Assembly: GCA_043803685.1 (NCBI GenBank)
Contig: JAZDJU010000037.1
Span: forward strand, 128,001 to 192,000
Reading direction: 5' to 3'
Source: Candidatus Omnitrophota bacterium
Lineage (GTDB): Bacteria > Omnitrophota > Omnitrophia > Omnitrophales > Aquincolibacteriaceae
Length of the DNA: 64,000 nucleotides
Shown: piece after piece, positions 10,262 through 20,597 of the stretch
How positions within the stretch are numbered: the stretch's first letter is position 1
Layout: the number at the start of each line of letters is the position of its first letter
Program-made: the position numbers and the translations under genes
The notes under the pieces: model-generated
What the model saw: only the letters and a program-made list of their open reading frames with translations
Databases searched by the model: none
What the model was told of the DNA's origin: nothing

Positions 10262-10483
10262 GACGAATCCTCCTGCTTAAGCACGCGAGCCGCCCTCTCA
10301 TTACATTCCTTCAGGATCGTACAACAGGCCTGAAAGCAAGGGACGTGTTCGTTGAGCGTTTGCCGCAATTTCAAATACTCACTAGCCCGAAAATCCTTGA
10401 GACGCACCCCTTTTTATATTCATCCAAGACATAGTCTTCTGGAGCTGCGGACATTGCAGAGCATCACCGTTCGCATCAACGAA
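10254..10483 (-). pseudogene. Frameshifted 3' relic of a radical SAM/SPASM gene
   Basis: FVDANGDALQCPQL...MNIK, then after a 1-nt shift GVRLKDFRASEYLKLRQTLNEHVPCFQACC...EDSSCL*. The stop overlaps the next gene's start. Confidence 0.45.
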
Positions 10484-10484
10484 C

Positions 10485-11603
10485 TTATTTAAAAAGCCTC
10501 GTTTTCTGCCAATGGCTGGTCACAAGGTCGAAGTCGTCCCGCCAAGAACACCTCTGCATACAGGGTTTCCGGCATTGGCGTATCAACTTGCGCAGTTCCC
10601 TCGCCTTCTCCGAATACCAGAGATCTTTCAAACTGTCATTTTTCACATCCCCGAACGTTGCCTCATGGCTATTCTGGTCCACGCAAAAATAAAGCTTTCC
10701 CTCCTGAACCACTTGAATGCGATTGTACCCGGAATAACAAGGCTTTCTGTTGATCTTTGTCCGTCCCTGAAAATACTTTTTGATCGTCTCCAGATTTTCG
10801 ATCGTATTGATGATAAAATCGAAATTGTGCTCGTTCATTTTTTTAAATTGAATGATCGCGTCAATGGAATCCTCCAACAGCTTCAGCCTTGCTGGCGGTA
10901 TGCGAACCCCCGAATTTATTTCCGCCTTTTCCTGATCCGTGTTATCTCCCACCACCGGCTGAAAAGCCACATGAGCTATCTTCAAACTGCGGCATAATTC
11001 GATCACATCCATCAGCTCCTCGATATTCTGGTCCATGATCGTACAGGAGCAACAGATCAAGGGGGAATGGCTCCCGATTCTTTCTTTCACTTTGTTGATC
11101 AGCTTCACATTGGCGATGATCTTGTTCAGATAGGCCTGTCCTCTGATCCTGGAAAATGTTTCTTCACTGGCCCCATCGATCGACAAGGTTAAATTGCTCC
11201 CTGTCGCTTCGGACATTTTCTCCACGATCTTTTCGGACATGATCGTGCCGTTCGTTACCACGATAATAGAGGAGAATCCGCAATCCACCGCAAAAGAGAC
11301 CATCTCGAACAACCGCGGATCCAGAAAAGGCTCCCCCCCGATCAAGAGAAGCGAAGGGATCTTCATCTCCGCGCCCTCTTTGATAAGTTTCTTGATCGTC
11401 GAAATATCCAGATCGACCGGGCGATTCTGGGCCTTGAAAGACTCCTCCCTTTCGTGCATGTTACACATCGTGCACCTTAAATTACAACGGAAGGTGAAAT
11501 TGATCTGAAGAGTATCCGGGGGAACCAGGGGATAATCTTTCTTACGCGAAAGCCGGAACAATACATTCCTGTCAAGCAATCGCTGAAGCTTCTTGTTATC
11601 CAT
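10485..11603 (-). CDS. Radical SAM enzyme with SPASM/twitch-like C-terminus (standalone paralog of the N-terminal domain of 4595..7681)
   Basis: Start reset to MDNKK (11603), overlapping the wzt stop. CNLRCTMC, IGGEPF, CYSG...YFC, CRKPCMQRC. Confidence 0.88.
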   Translation of the reverse strand: MDNKKLQRLLDRNVLFRLSRKKDYPLVPPDTLQINFTFRCNLRCTMCNMHEREESFKAQNRPVDLDISTIKKLIKEGAEMKIPSLLLIGGEPFLDPRLFEMVSFAVDCGFSSIIVVTNGTIMSEKIVEKMSEATGSNLTLSIDGASEETFSRIRGQAYLNKIIANVKLINKVKERIGSHSPLICCSCTIMDQNIEELMDVIELCRSLKIAHVAFQPVVGDNTDQEKAEINSGVRIPPARLKLLEDSIDAIIQFKKMNEHNFDFIINTIENLETIKKYFQGRTKINRKPCYSGYNRIQVVQEGKLYFCVDQNSHEATFGDVKNDSLKDLWYSEKARELRKLIRQCRKPCMQRCSWRDDFDLVTSHWQKTRLFK

Positions 11604-11655
11604 TTTTCCTTTCTGAGCCTTTTGTATCGCCGCTGGATTCCTGGATAACGATTCT
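10488..11655. repeat. Copy A of the ~1.17-kb segmental duplication
   Basis: Matches 6566..7733 and includes the last codons of wzt. Confidence 0.9.
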
Positions 11656-14352
11656 CGCCATAAGATCGATCTTTTCCTCCGGGCGAAGCTTTCCCGGATT
11701 CCTTTCAAGATACTGCAAAACTCTGCCGCGATGATAAAGATCCGAGTTCACAATATTCAGGGTCTTGGTAATGCTAGGCCCGCATGGCCCTATGCGGACT
11801 TCCGGCAATCCCGCTGCCGATACAGCCACCCATCCGTCAGGAACCCCTTCTTTATTGTCTGTAGAGTAAACAACCTCCCAATCATCGTCAATATTCGCTT
11901 TGAACGGGGGGAGGATGCCGCTCACGCCATGCGCCCGCCACGCATCATACCTTTCTGAAAGCATGATATTGGTCTGTATACGATCCATTTCTATATCCTC
12001 GTTGACGATCATTGAGGCGCGAAGTTCGACCGTATGGCTGTCGGTGATCTTGATCTCCCAGGATTGAATCAAGGGTAACTGAAGCCAGTTTCCGTGAGCC
12101 ATGAGCGTGTGATCATCGACATTTTCGACCCTCCAGAACGCCGAAGAAACCGAGGAATGCCAACGCCCCTGACAACGCAAGGCGGTATAGAAACCGAGTT
12201 CTTTGGTTAACTCTTTCCCTTTCCAATACAAACGCCCTTGCCCTCGGTCGAAACAAAAACTCAATTCACCGCGATCGATCTTGCTCACGACTTTACTTTC
12301 AACCGTGGCCCTTTTCTTTCCAAATGAGATCTCGGCATCAAAGCAAGATCGCTCTCCCGGGAGAAGCAGCTCCTGGCCTTCGCCTCCGATCCTGTAAATA
12401 CGTATTTCACGCGATCGGGAAAAAATGTCGGCGTTGAATATTTTCACAAAGCTATCATCAGCCTGGGCGACCTTCATGACCGCGGCCGGGACGCCCTCGG
12501 CCCTGCTCGCCACTCCGAGCTCAGGCTGCCGGATACACTTCTGAAGAACATCCACTTCATGCTCCAGAAACTCTTCCGGGAAATCATGCTCCACGGCCCC
12601 ATAAAACCAGGACGTATATTCCTTGCTGAGCGTCCAATTCAGCATCTGTTGTTCCACGCAAACTTCTTCACTGACCCGCAAGAAAACGTTGAGGCGAAAA
12701 GCGTCTTCTCCGACCGCCTCGATCTCCCAGATCTGGATGAACGGCGCATCCGGCCAGATCACCTGAGCGATCATTTTATGGGGCCCGGCCTTTTCGGGCT
12801 TCCATTTTGCCAAAGTCGAAAAGTATCTTCGCCCGCCCGCATGGACCGATGACGCGATGGACTGGATCGCGGACGGACCAAACTTTTTACAGGTGATATC
12901 GCATCGCCCATGTTCAAAAACCAGCTTTGTGGTGTTGAGCTCTATCGCATAACCCGCCTGCAGATCATTCAAATATTGTTCCGGGTCGGAAACGTCCAGG
13001 AGGATCCTGCCTGAAAACCAATACGCTTGGTCTGCACGCGAAACATTACTATGCTGCCTACGGAGGATCGTGTATTGAAGGACTCTGCAATCGGCCAGAG
13101 AGTCCGAATTAAAGACCTGCCCCTGGGCTCCCAACGAAGAGTCCCGGGATTCAAAGATCAGCCCGGGCAATCCCGCGTCCGCCGCCTCTTGGGGCATCAC
13201 ACCCATACATTCATGAGCGGCTCTCTTTTCAGTGAGCGGTTGCCAGTCATGACTGTTTTCATCAATGACCGGAAAATGACCTTTCTCAGAAGGAGTGAAC
13301 CAGTCGGCATATTCTTTTTGAAGTAAAAGATTAAGATAGCCCTCCTGAATGTCCAAGGGCTCGTCCGCCTGGATCTCCACATCCCATTTCACTTCAGAGT
13401 TCTCATGGATCTCCATCTTCCAGATCTGGGTCAGTCCCAGTTGGAAGAGCCTCCCCCGGGCCACGAACCGTGTCTCGCTCTCTTTTTGAACTTCCCAATC
13501 CGCCTGAAAAGAATGATAGCTCTTCCCGTCGACAAAAAAACGGGTGTATCCTCCGGCATTCGAAGTCACCGGCTTATCTTTCCAGTTAAGGAACAGCCTT
13601 CCGTTATTAAAAATAACGGAAAAAGGTCCTTGCGTCAGGATCGCGATCGTATCTTTGGCTCCGATCATCTGCGCATAAAAAGGAATGACCTTCTCTGCCA
13701 GGTCATCTTTGATGACCCTTCCTTCCCTGATGAAAAGAACCCGCTTGCAAAGCTTTCGGAGCATATGCATATCATGCGTCACGCAAACGATCGTCGCGCC
13801 GGAATCCCTGAGTTCAAAGATCCTTTTAATGCATTTCCTTTGAAAATACTCATCCCCCACGGCCAGAATATCATCAATGACCAATATCTCAGGCTCCACA
13901 TGGATCGCGGCGGAAAAGGCCAGGCGGACAAACATGCCCTGGGAATAACACTTCACCGGCGCATCAATAAATTTCCCGATATCGGCAAAGCTGATGATCT
14001 TTTCGCAGGCGACCTCGAGCTTCGCGGGGTCCATTCCCGATAGACTCAGATTCAAGTGGATGTTATCTCTCCCGGTCAGCTCCGGCTGAAAGCCAGCTCC
14101 CATCTCCAAAAGCCCGGCCACTCTGCCGTCCACCTTGACTTCGCCCCGATCCGGTTTTAAGAGCCCCGCAATGATCTTCAGGATCGTCGTTTTTCCGGAC
14201 CCATTTTCCCCGATGATCCCTATCGTTTCGGAAGGCTCGATCTTGAAGCTGATCCCCTTTAAAGCCCAGTAATTCTCCCAGGAAACTTTGCCGGCGAGCA
14301 CGAACTTGATCCGGTACATTTCCCAAACATCATGAAAATTTATGATAGCCAT
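11596..14352 (-). CDS. wzt: Polysaccharide ABC exporter ATP-binding subunit with a ~690-aa C-terminal extension of three repeats
   Basis: WALKGISF, GENGSGKT (Walker A), GAGFQPELTGRDN, YSQGMFVRLAFS, ILVIDDILAVGD, VTHD, all typical of the Wzt/TagH family. Confidence 0.88.
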   Translation of the reverse strand: MAIINFHDVWEMYRIKFVLAGKVSWENYWALKGISFKIEPSETIGIIGENGSGKTTILKIIAGLLKPDRGEVKVDGRVAGLLEMGAGFQPELTGRDNIHLNLSLSGMDPAKLEVACEKIISFADIGKFIDAPVKCYSQGMFVRLAFSAAIHVEPEILVIDDILAVGDEYFQRKCIKRIFELRDSGATIVCVTHDMHMLRKLCKRVLFIREGRVIKDDLAEKVIPFYAQMIGAKDTIAILTQGPFSVIFNNGRLFLNWKDKPVTSNAGGYTRFFVDGKSYHSFQADWEVQKESETRFVARGRLFQLGLTQIWKMEIHENSEVKWDVEIQADEPLDIQEGYLNLLLQKEYADWFTPSEKGHFPVIDENSHDWQPLTEKRAAHECMGVMPQEAADAGLPGLIFESRDSSLGAQGQVFNSDSLADCRVLQYTILRRQHSNVSRADQAYWFSGRILLDVSDPEQYLNDLQAGYAIELNTTKLVFEHGRCDITCKKFGPSAIQSIASSVHAGGRRYFSTLAKWKPEKAGPHKMIAQVIWPDAPFIQIWEIEAVGEDAFRLNVFLRVSEEVCVEQQMLNWTLSKEYTSWFYGAVEHDFPEEFLEHEVDVLQKCIRQPELGVASRAEGVPAAVMKVAQADDSFVKIFNADIFSRSREIRIYRIGGEGQELLLPGERSCFDAEISFGKKRATVESKVVSKIDRGELSFCFDRGQGRLYWKGKELTKELGFYTALRCQGRWHSSVSSAFWRVENVDDHTLMAHGNWLQLPLIQSWEIKITDSHTVELRASMIVNEDIEMDRIQTNIMLSERYDAWRAHGVSGILPPFKANIDDDWEVVYSTDNKEGVPDGWVAVSAAGLPEVRIGPCGPSITKTLNIVNSDLYHRGRVLQYLERNPGKLRPEEKIDLMARIVIQESSGDTKGSERKNG

Positions 14353-14400
14353 TCATCACCTTATGCCCGTTCAGATTCTCATTAAATCCATAACATTATT

Positions 14401-15831
14401 TTAACGGCTAAAAGCCTCTTCAGATACGGGAATCCCTAAAATATCCCGAAGGATCACCTTGGCGATATTCCCGGCCAGGATCGTATTGCCCAAATCGGTG
14501 CAGTGACCAAAGTCCGCAGCAAACCTGTCCCTGAAGATCTCTTCGAATCGGTATTTCTTGAGCGCATCCTTAAATAGCTTTTCATTATCGACAAAACTGA
14601 CGTTTTGACCGTGGTCCGCAGAAAAAATCCTCCTTAAGGGTTCTATGTCCCGCATAGGATACTGCACGCAAACAAGACGTATCCCGTGTTCATCGAGCAG
14701 TTTCTTTATCTTACGATAATTTTCCACTGTCATCGATTCGTAACCTTGAGGAGCCAGGGCATGGCCCTGAGCAAGATAATCATCGCTCAGCTTGGATTTC
14801 CCCAAAGCGCGGTAAACATAAGCCAGGCCAAAATAGGGTCTATAATCCGACTGATGGCTAAGCTCAATGGATTCTTTATAATTCGCTATAGCTTCCTCGT
14901 ACCGGCCCTGTGCCGCAGCTATTTCTCCAGAATAGTAACTGATCCATCCGGCGTGGCAGTGGCTTCTGAGAACCTTCAGCAAGGATTCCGCTTCGACATT
15001 TTTATGTACAGTGTTCAACTGACCCAGCAAATATCCCGCATACGGATTCTCTTCCGGACATGCCGTGAATATTTTCTTGAACTTCTCGACCATTGCTTGG
15101 AGCATTGCTTCCTGCTCCTTGGGCTTGCATTGAAACATCCACCTGAAAAATGCGTCCGTATTCAAGGGATTGAGCGTGACAGCCTGACAGAATGTGGATC
15201 TGGCCTCATGCTCCTTCCCCTGAGCCTGCAACCGCATGCCAAGCTTTAGATAATAAACATCATCTCTGGACGCAGCGACAGGCGCTTCAGATCGAGGCTT
15301 ACCCATAACCATGCGTTTTATTTCCTCAAACTTGGCCTGAATGTGCGCGCAAAGTAACTGCATGAGCCTATGCGTTTTAAAAGACTGGGCAAAACTTCGG
15401 TTGCAGGTGGCAAATCCGGCGGGCATATGCTTGGCACCCGCATCATTAATGCCGATCATGGCCACCACCATATCGGGCTTGTATTTCCTGATATTGCTTT
15501 CCATTTTCTCGAAAATAACATCGGTATTGGTCGCGATCAGACCTTCATCGGTCACACTAAATCGCGTTTGGGTCTGACGGGCATTCAGTATCTTTTCAAG
15601 GAACCGTGGGTATTGCGCCTGAGTCGTCGACTCTCCAACGCACAGGATCCGATAGGAACCCCCGGTTTTCAGGGTGGCCCAATTTTTATATTGCTGCACA
15701 GCCCTGATGAAAAAACCCGATGCCTGGAGGCCCATCTCAAGCATAGCGAGAGCAAGCAACACTCCGAACAATACCAGCGCCACTCTTTGCCCGAAAGAGC
15801 TCGCTTTAGAAATTTTTTGCTTCTTTTTCAC
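14401..15831 (-). CDS. Membrane-anchored SGNH-like protein with inserted TPR repeats
   Basis: N-terminal TM, YRILCVGESTT, GIND, TPR block (YYSGEIAAAQGRYEEAIANYKESIEL), C-terminal DFGH (DxxH). Confidence 0.7.
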   Translation of the reverse strand: MKKKQKISKASSFGQRVALVLFGVLLALAMLEMGLQASGFFIRAVQQYKNWATLKTGGSYRILCVGESTTQAQYPRFLEKILNARQTQTRFSVTDEGLIATNTDVIFEKMESNIRKYKPDMVVAMIGINDAGAKHMPAGFATCNRSFAQSFKTHRLMQLLCAHIQAKFEEIKRMVMGKPRSEAPVAASRDDVYYLKLGMRLQAQGKEHEARSTFCQAVTLNPLNTDAFFRWMFQCKPKEQEAMLQAMVEKFKKIFTACPEENPYAGYLLGQLNTVHKNVEAESLLKVLRSHCHAGWISYYSGEIAAAQGRYEEAIANYKESIELSHQSDYRPYFGLAYVYRALGKSKLSDDYLAQGHALAPQGYESMTVENYRKIKKLLDEHGIRLVCVQYPMRDIEPLRRIFSADHGQNVSFVDNEKLFKDALKKYRFEEIFRDRFAADFGHCTDLGNTILAGNIAKVILRDILGIPVSEEAFSR

Positions 15832-15865
15832 AAAATCGTCCCTTAGAATAAAGAGCGTCCGGGAC

Positions 15866-17401
15866 TTATTTCATCCCCAAAACTTCCTTTAAAACCACAT
15901 CCGCTATTTGTTCCGCTAAGAGCTTATTCCCTAGCTTGGTGCAATGTCCGAAATCACCGCCGAACATATCGAAGAAATATTCATGAAGACGCCCCCCCGC
16001 CACTGCGGTCTTGAACGGCTTCTCATTATCCACAAAAAAAACTCCGTCCCGGTCCGCAAAAATCTCCTTAAGCACAGAGATGTTCCTCATGGGGTATTGC
16101 GCGCAGACCAGTTTGATCTTTCTGGAGTCAAGGATGGCCTTCAGACGGCGATAGTTCGTCACAGTAACGACATTGTAAAAATCCTTGTCCAGGGACCTTT
16201 CTTTATTTTCGCAGGCCGCGGCCTCTTCGTGCCTTCCCGTTTCATGATAGAACAATATCAATCTTCGATGGCAAAGGTCATTCGTTGGGTTTGCCGCGAG
16301 AAACTTTTTCAAGGCCTGCTCGGCATCAGCGTACCGCTTCTGGGCCATATAAATATGCACCAGAGCCATGGTCACAATCCCCATATCTCCGGAACTTTCT
16401 TTATTTTTATTACCGAGAAGCTCAGCTTTTTTATAAGCGGCTTCTGCCTGTTCATATTTTTTTTCGGACAAATACTGATCTCCTAGAGAACGATACCCCG
16501 CAACATCATAGGGCATTAATTCTATCACTTTCAATAACAAGCCCTCTATCTGATCCTCATGGGTGCCATTTCTATGAACCCAAGACAACCCGTAATAGGC
16601 CTGGGCATTCTTTGGATTTTTCGCTAAAACCTTATTGAACGCCTTTTCTGATCCGCCCAGATCCCCATCCGAAAGAGCCTTCCATCCATCAGACAAACAC
16701 TTTAGTTCATCGACGGAATAAGGCCCCCCTGAAACGCCAAGGAGCTCCTGAGTGCCTCTAAGACCGAAATCCTTTAATTTTTCCCGCGGCACCTCCACGG
16801 CCGGTTCTTGAGAGGCTGGAGTTTGCACAACTGGAGGCTTTACCTCATTCGTCTTTTTTATTTTTTCCGTTAGATGAAGCCCCAGGGATCGTACTAATTT
16901 AACAACGCGCAACGAGAACAGCCACCGCACAAACCTTGATGAGCTCTTGACCTCCGGGGGCATATGTTTACCCTGATCATTGATCCCCATCATCGTCACG
17001 ACGAGATCCGGCTTATACTTATCCAGATTGGCTTCCAGTTGTGCCAGGATCACATCGGTGTTGGTGGAGGGTATTCCTTTATCAATAACACTGAATGGGA
17101 TGCCCTGCCCGCGCCGATTGAGCTCCTCCTCAAGAAAGGAAGGATATGTGCCTGCCGTGGTGGACTCCCCCAAACACAGAATGCGATAACCATGCGCTCT
17201 CAAAGAACGCAGATTTTGGGATTCCTGGAAAAACAAAAATGCAGATCCCCCTATGCGCAGTCCTGCCTCCAAAAGAACTAACCCTAGGAGTATTCCGAAA
17301 AGAACCAGTCCCGCTTTTTGCAATAAAGTCGTGGGGGTACGAACGAGCGGTCCCTTCCTAGCGAAAGCAGCCGTTCGTTGTTCGATCTCTTTTTTATTCA
17401 A
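15866..17401 (-). CDS. Membrane-anchored SGNH-like protein with inserted TPR repeats (paralog of 14401..15831)
   Basis: TM, YRILCLGESTT, MGIND, several TPRs, QYPMR, DFGHCTKLGN. Confidence 0.7.
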   Translation of the reverse strand: MNKKEIEQRTAAFARKGPLVRTPTTLLQKAGLVLFGILLGLVLLEAGLRIGGSAFLFFQESQNLRSLRAHGYRILCLGESTTAGTYPSFLEEELNRRGQGIPFSVIDKGIPSTNTDVILAQLEANLDKYKPDLVVTMMGINDQGKHMPPEVKSSSRFVRWLFSLRVVKLVRSLGLHLTEKIKKTNEVKPPVVQTPASQEPAVEVPREKLKDFGLRGTQELLGVSGGPYSVDELKCLSDGWKALSDGDLGGSEKAFNKVLAKNPKNAQAYYGLSWVHRNGTHEDQIEGLLLKVIELMPYDVAGYRSLGDQYLSEKKYEQAEAAYKKAELLGNKNKESSGDMGIVTMALVHIYMAQKRYADAEQALKKFLAANPTNDLCHRRLILFYHETGRHEEAAACENKERSLDKDFYNVVTVTNYRRLKAILDSRKIKLVCAQYPMRNISVLKEIFADRDGVFFVDNEKPFKTAVAGGRLHEYFFDMFGGDFGHCTKLGNKLLAEQIADVVLKEVLGMK

Positions 17402-18581
17402 AGCTTTTCAACTTCTTCTTCAGAATCTCTTTGGATGCCTTTATTTCTTTCAACAACTCGCCGGTCTTCGACTTGTCTGCACTTTGCCGCACCAGGAACC
17501 AGATCCTGATCTTATTGGCTACTTTCCCCAGGAGATATTTGGTGTTCTGGTAGACCCGGTTATACATTCTCCTGTAAAAACCGGGCTTCGTGAGCTTCTG
17601 CACCTTTAAGGAGATCAGCTCCTCGGTCTTCTGCTTTCCAAAGTTTTGATCATAACAACTCATCATGCATCCGCCGCAACCCTTGGTTTCAATCTCCCGG
17701 CGCAACCGGTCATGTTTCCGGGAACCCCAGATCTCGGATAGCTTTTTTTTCTTAACATTGCCGATAACCTTGTCGTCCAGGACCCAGCAAGGGTAAACAT
17801 TCCCTTCCGAGGATACGGGACAGGAGCTCCAGAGGGCCGAACAACCTTTTTGCTCCGCGTTGATCACGGTCTCGCCGCACAAATAGGCAGGGATCCTGTG
17901 AAGATACTCTTGCGGGTTGGTCATAATCTTGTATTCCTGCGCAAGCCGGATCACTTCCACAAGGCTTTTTTCGATATCCGGCTGTGATCCCCTCGGCGCA
18001 AAAAAATCTCCCCGGAGCCCCTTATCTTTCAGAAAGATATCGCTGAACGGTTGAAATTTGACGGTCGTCACTCCGAATTGATACGCTAGCTCCATCACCT
18101 TGGGCAAGGCCTCGTAATTCTGCCTGCTAACGATCGTGGCAATGGTGGTTTCGATGTTGTGCTTTGAAAGATTTTTTAGCGCTTCAACCGCTTTGACATA
18201 GTTCCCTTTCCCCCGCAAGGCGTCATGAGTGGCTTCATCCCCCTCAACGGAGATGTTCACGACCCCGATCCCCGCTGCGACAAGCTTGCGCGCGACCTCC
18301 TCGGTCAGAAGCGTGCCGTTCGAAGCCAGGCAGGTATTGATCCTGTGTCGATTGACAAAAGCGATCAGATCAAAGATATCTTCGCGCAATAAGGGTTCGC
18401 CCCCGCTAAAAACAATACTGCGCGGACAAAAATGAACCGCATCAGCGACCAGCCTCTGCATCTCCTCACCGCTCAGCTCGGTCTGGCGGCCCCCTGCGGG
18501 GATCTGACACATCGAACAGCGCAGGTTGCACCTGTTCGTCACAGAAATGATCACTTCATTGAGCCGGTGTTCCATGGTCAA
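17394..18581 (-). CDS. Radical SAM/SPASM enzyme
   Basis: CNLRCSMC, FSGGEPLL, ASNGT, CSALW...GNVYPC...IGNV, CGGCMMSC. Confidence 0.88.
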   Translation of the reverse strand: MTMEHRLNEVIISVTNRCNLRCSMCQIPAGGRQTELSGEEMQRLVADAVHFCPRSIVFSGGEPLLREDIFDLIAFVNRHRINTCLASNGTLLTEEVARKLVAAGIGVVNISVEGDEATHDALRGKGNYVKAVEALKNLSKHNIETTIATIVSRQNYEALPKVMELAYQFGVTTVKFQPFSDIFLKDKGLRGDFFAPRGSQPDIEKSLVEVIRLAQEYKIMTNPQEYLHRIPAYLCGETVINAEQKGCSALWSSCPVSSEGNVYPCWVLDDKVIGNVKKKKLSEIWGSRKHDRLRREIETKGCGGCMMSCYDQNFGKQKTEELISLKVQKLTKPGFYRRMYNRVYQNTKYLLGKVANKIRIWFLVRQSADKSKTGELLKEIKASKEILKKKLKSFE

Positions 18582-19732
18582 TCGTCACCCAAAACAAGGT
18601 CTTCGTAGGCATCCACCCACTGGAGCCCTGTTTCCAAAGCCTTTTTTTTTCCCGCCTTCGTCATCGCGGACCCCTCCAGAGCTGCCGTAAAATCATTCAC
18701 GACCCTTTTCAAGGACTCCGTTCCCGGACGCGCCCAGCAGGTCTGGAGACACGGCTTATCGCAGACCCCCATTTTCGTTCTGGCCATCCGGGCGGCCTCC
18801 GTATTCAAACAATCGCTCAAAGACATATCCTTGATATTCCCGAAAGAAGGCCCGCAACTGCGCACGGAGCCGTCCGGGCCTACATCCACAAAAACAAAGG
18901 GATTGCACTTCCAATCGCGTCGCGTCAGCGAACCCTGAAAATAGCCCAGCCATTGATAAGGGTCATGCAGGAAAGCGATGAGACCCGACTTGTCCTTATA
19001 AGCCACAAGCTTGTCGATCTGCTCCTTAAGGACGCCCTGCCATTCCGGCGTGATCCAAAGATGCCCCTCCTTGACCGTATTCTGCATATCCGCCTGCGCC
19101 ACGATGACCGGATGATAGACAAGACATTCCACTCCTATTTCTTTGACCAAAGCAATCATGTCATACAGTTCATGGACATTTTCTTTCATGATGGTGACCC
19201 AGGCCGAGATCTGCGGACCATGACCTTTCCGTTTTTTTTCTTCGGCCAAAAGGCGCAGAGCTCTGATCGCTTTCGCGTAAGCCCCGTCCACGCCACGAAT
19301 GGAGTCATGCGTCTTGGCGCTTGCGCCGTCCAGAGAAATCGCGATATTGCTAAGTCCTGAATCCATGATCCTGGCCGCAAATTGAGCGTTATCGATCAGG
19401 CTACCATTCGTGACCGCTTCGGTCTTCAGCCCCAAGGAAACGGAATGGCGGATGATCTCGAAAACGTCCTTCCTTAAAAAAACCTCGCCCCCGGTGAACA
19501 AAACCGTGCAGTCCGCTCCCCAGCCCGCCACTTCGTCGAGGCTCTTCTTCAGCAGATCGATATCCAGTTCCTGGTCCTGTAGTACATGTCTTACGCCGCA
19601 CATTTGACAATTAAAATTGCAGCGATGCAGCAAGCTGAAAAAGACCCAATAGGGCTTGGCAAAAGGCTGATTTAAAGCCTCGGAAAAATAAAAATCGAGA
19701 TTGGTTTTAAACTCAGAAAGAATTTTCTGCAT
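18578..19732 (-). CDS. Radical SAM enzyme with SPASM/twitch-like C-terminus
   Basis: Start reset to ATG 19732. CNFNCQMC, FTGGEVF, VTNG, SLDG, CNP...DGSVRSC, CDKPCLQTC. Confidence 0.88.
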   Translation of the reverse strand: MQKILSEFKTNLDFYFSEALNQPFAKPYWVFFSLLHRCNFNCQMCGVRHVLQDQELDIDLLKKSLDEVAGWGADCTVLFTGGEVFLRKDVFEIIRHSVSLGLKTEAVTNGSLIDNAQFAARIMDSGLSNIAISLDGASAKTHDSIRGVDGAYAKAIRALRLLAEEKKRKGHGPQISAWVTIMKENVHELYDMIALVKEIGVECLVYHPVIVAQADMQNTVKEGHLWITPEWQGVLKEQIDKLVAYKDKSGLIAFLHDPYQWLGYFQGSLTRRDWKCNPFVFVDVGPDGSVRSCGPSFGNIKDMSLSDCLNTEAARMARTKMGVCDKPCLQTCWARPGTESLKRVVNDFTAALEGSAMTKAGKKKALETGLQWVDAYEDLVLGDD

Positions 19733-20597
19733 GGTTTTTTGAGTGACTCCCTTCAAAGCGACTTCGAAAATCCGGTCGCATCATTTCATGGTATTCCTGT
19801 TCCCAGTGATAACGCCAGTGCGGGTATCGTTTTGACAATTCATGCTCCGAAATGGCCGGATGAAAACTGAACTCCCAACTGCCGCTCTTTCTTGTCTTTT
19901 GGAACCTTTGGAGGACCTCTCCCAGAGGGCCCCCCGCGTTCGACGCGTTGCAATAATGGTCAGGATGTATCATCCGATATTTCTTCAACAATCGTCCCTG
20001 GTATAAACACAGACCATTGAGCAACATATTACCTAAAAACTTGTCCGGATGCGCTGAAAATTGCAGGGCATTGAACCTCAGCGGCGTATAGGGATATCGG
20101 ATCCTCGCAACATGATATTTCAAAGCATGCTTAATAACGATGTCCAGAATGCCCGGCACCATATGCAACTGCTGGTGGCTGTCGATGCGAGTGATCCGGA
20201 CCCCCTGTCGCTGGACTTTTTCGAACTGAGCTCCGATCTCCTGATCGATCTCCCTCAGACGGATCTTTCCCAAAATGTAAGCTCTCAGAAACTGAGAATA
20301 ATCAGCGTAAAAAAAACCGTTTTTATCCACCAAGGAAGGAACTTCCCTCCCGGAAAGAAGGGGCGTGAGCTCCACAAGGGTTAGATGCAACCCCACATCC
20401 AGATCAGGATGTTGTTTGATAAGGCTGACCGCATCATCAAAGGCTTCCCCGTTCGCCATAAGAGAAACGCCGTCCAGATTCCCCTTTTGATGGATCCCGA
20501 TCATGCCGGCATTGATCTCCCGGGATAGTCCGAAATCATCTCCGGTGATGAAAAAACTCTTCGCTCTATTATTTCCGGAGGATATGATCAAGAACAC
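19713..20597 (-). CDS. YdjC/ChbG/HpnK-family carbohydrate deacetylase
   Basis: ITGDDFG, VGLHLTL, IDSHQQLH, WEFSFHP. Start uncertain. Confidence 0.8.
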   Translation of the reverse strand: MFLIISSGNNRAKSFFITGDDFGLSREINAGMIGIHQKGNLDGVSLMANGEAFDDAVSLIKQHPDLDVGLHLTLVELTPLLSGREVPSLVDKNGFFYADYSQFLRAYILGKIRLREIDQEIGAQFEKVQRQGVRITRIDSHQQLHMVPGILDIVIKHALKYHVARIRYPYTPLRFNALQFSAHPDKFLGNMLLNGLCLYQGRLLKKYRMIHPDHYCNASNAGGPLGEVLQRFQKTRKSGSWEFSFHPAISEHELSKRYPHWRYHWEQEYHEMMRPDFRSRFEGSHSKNHAENSF

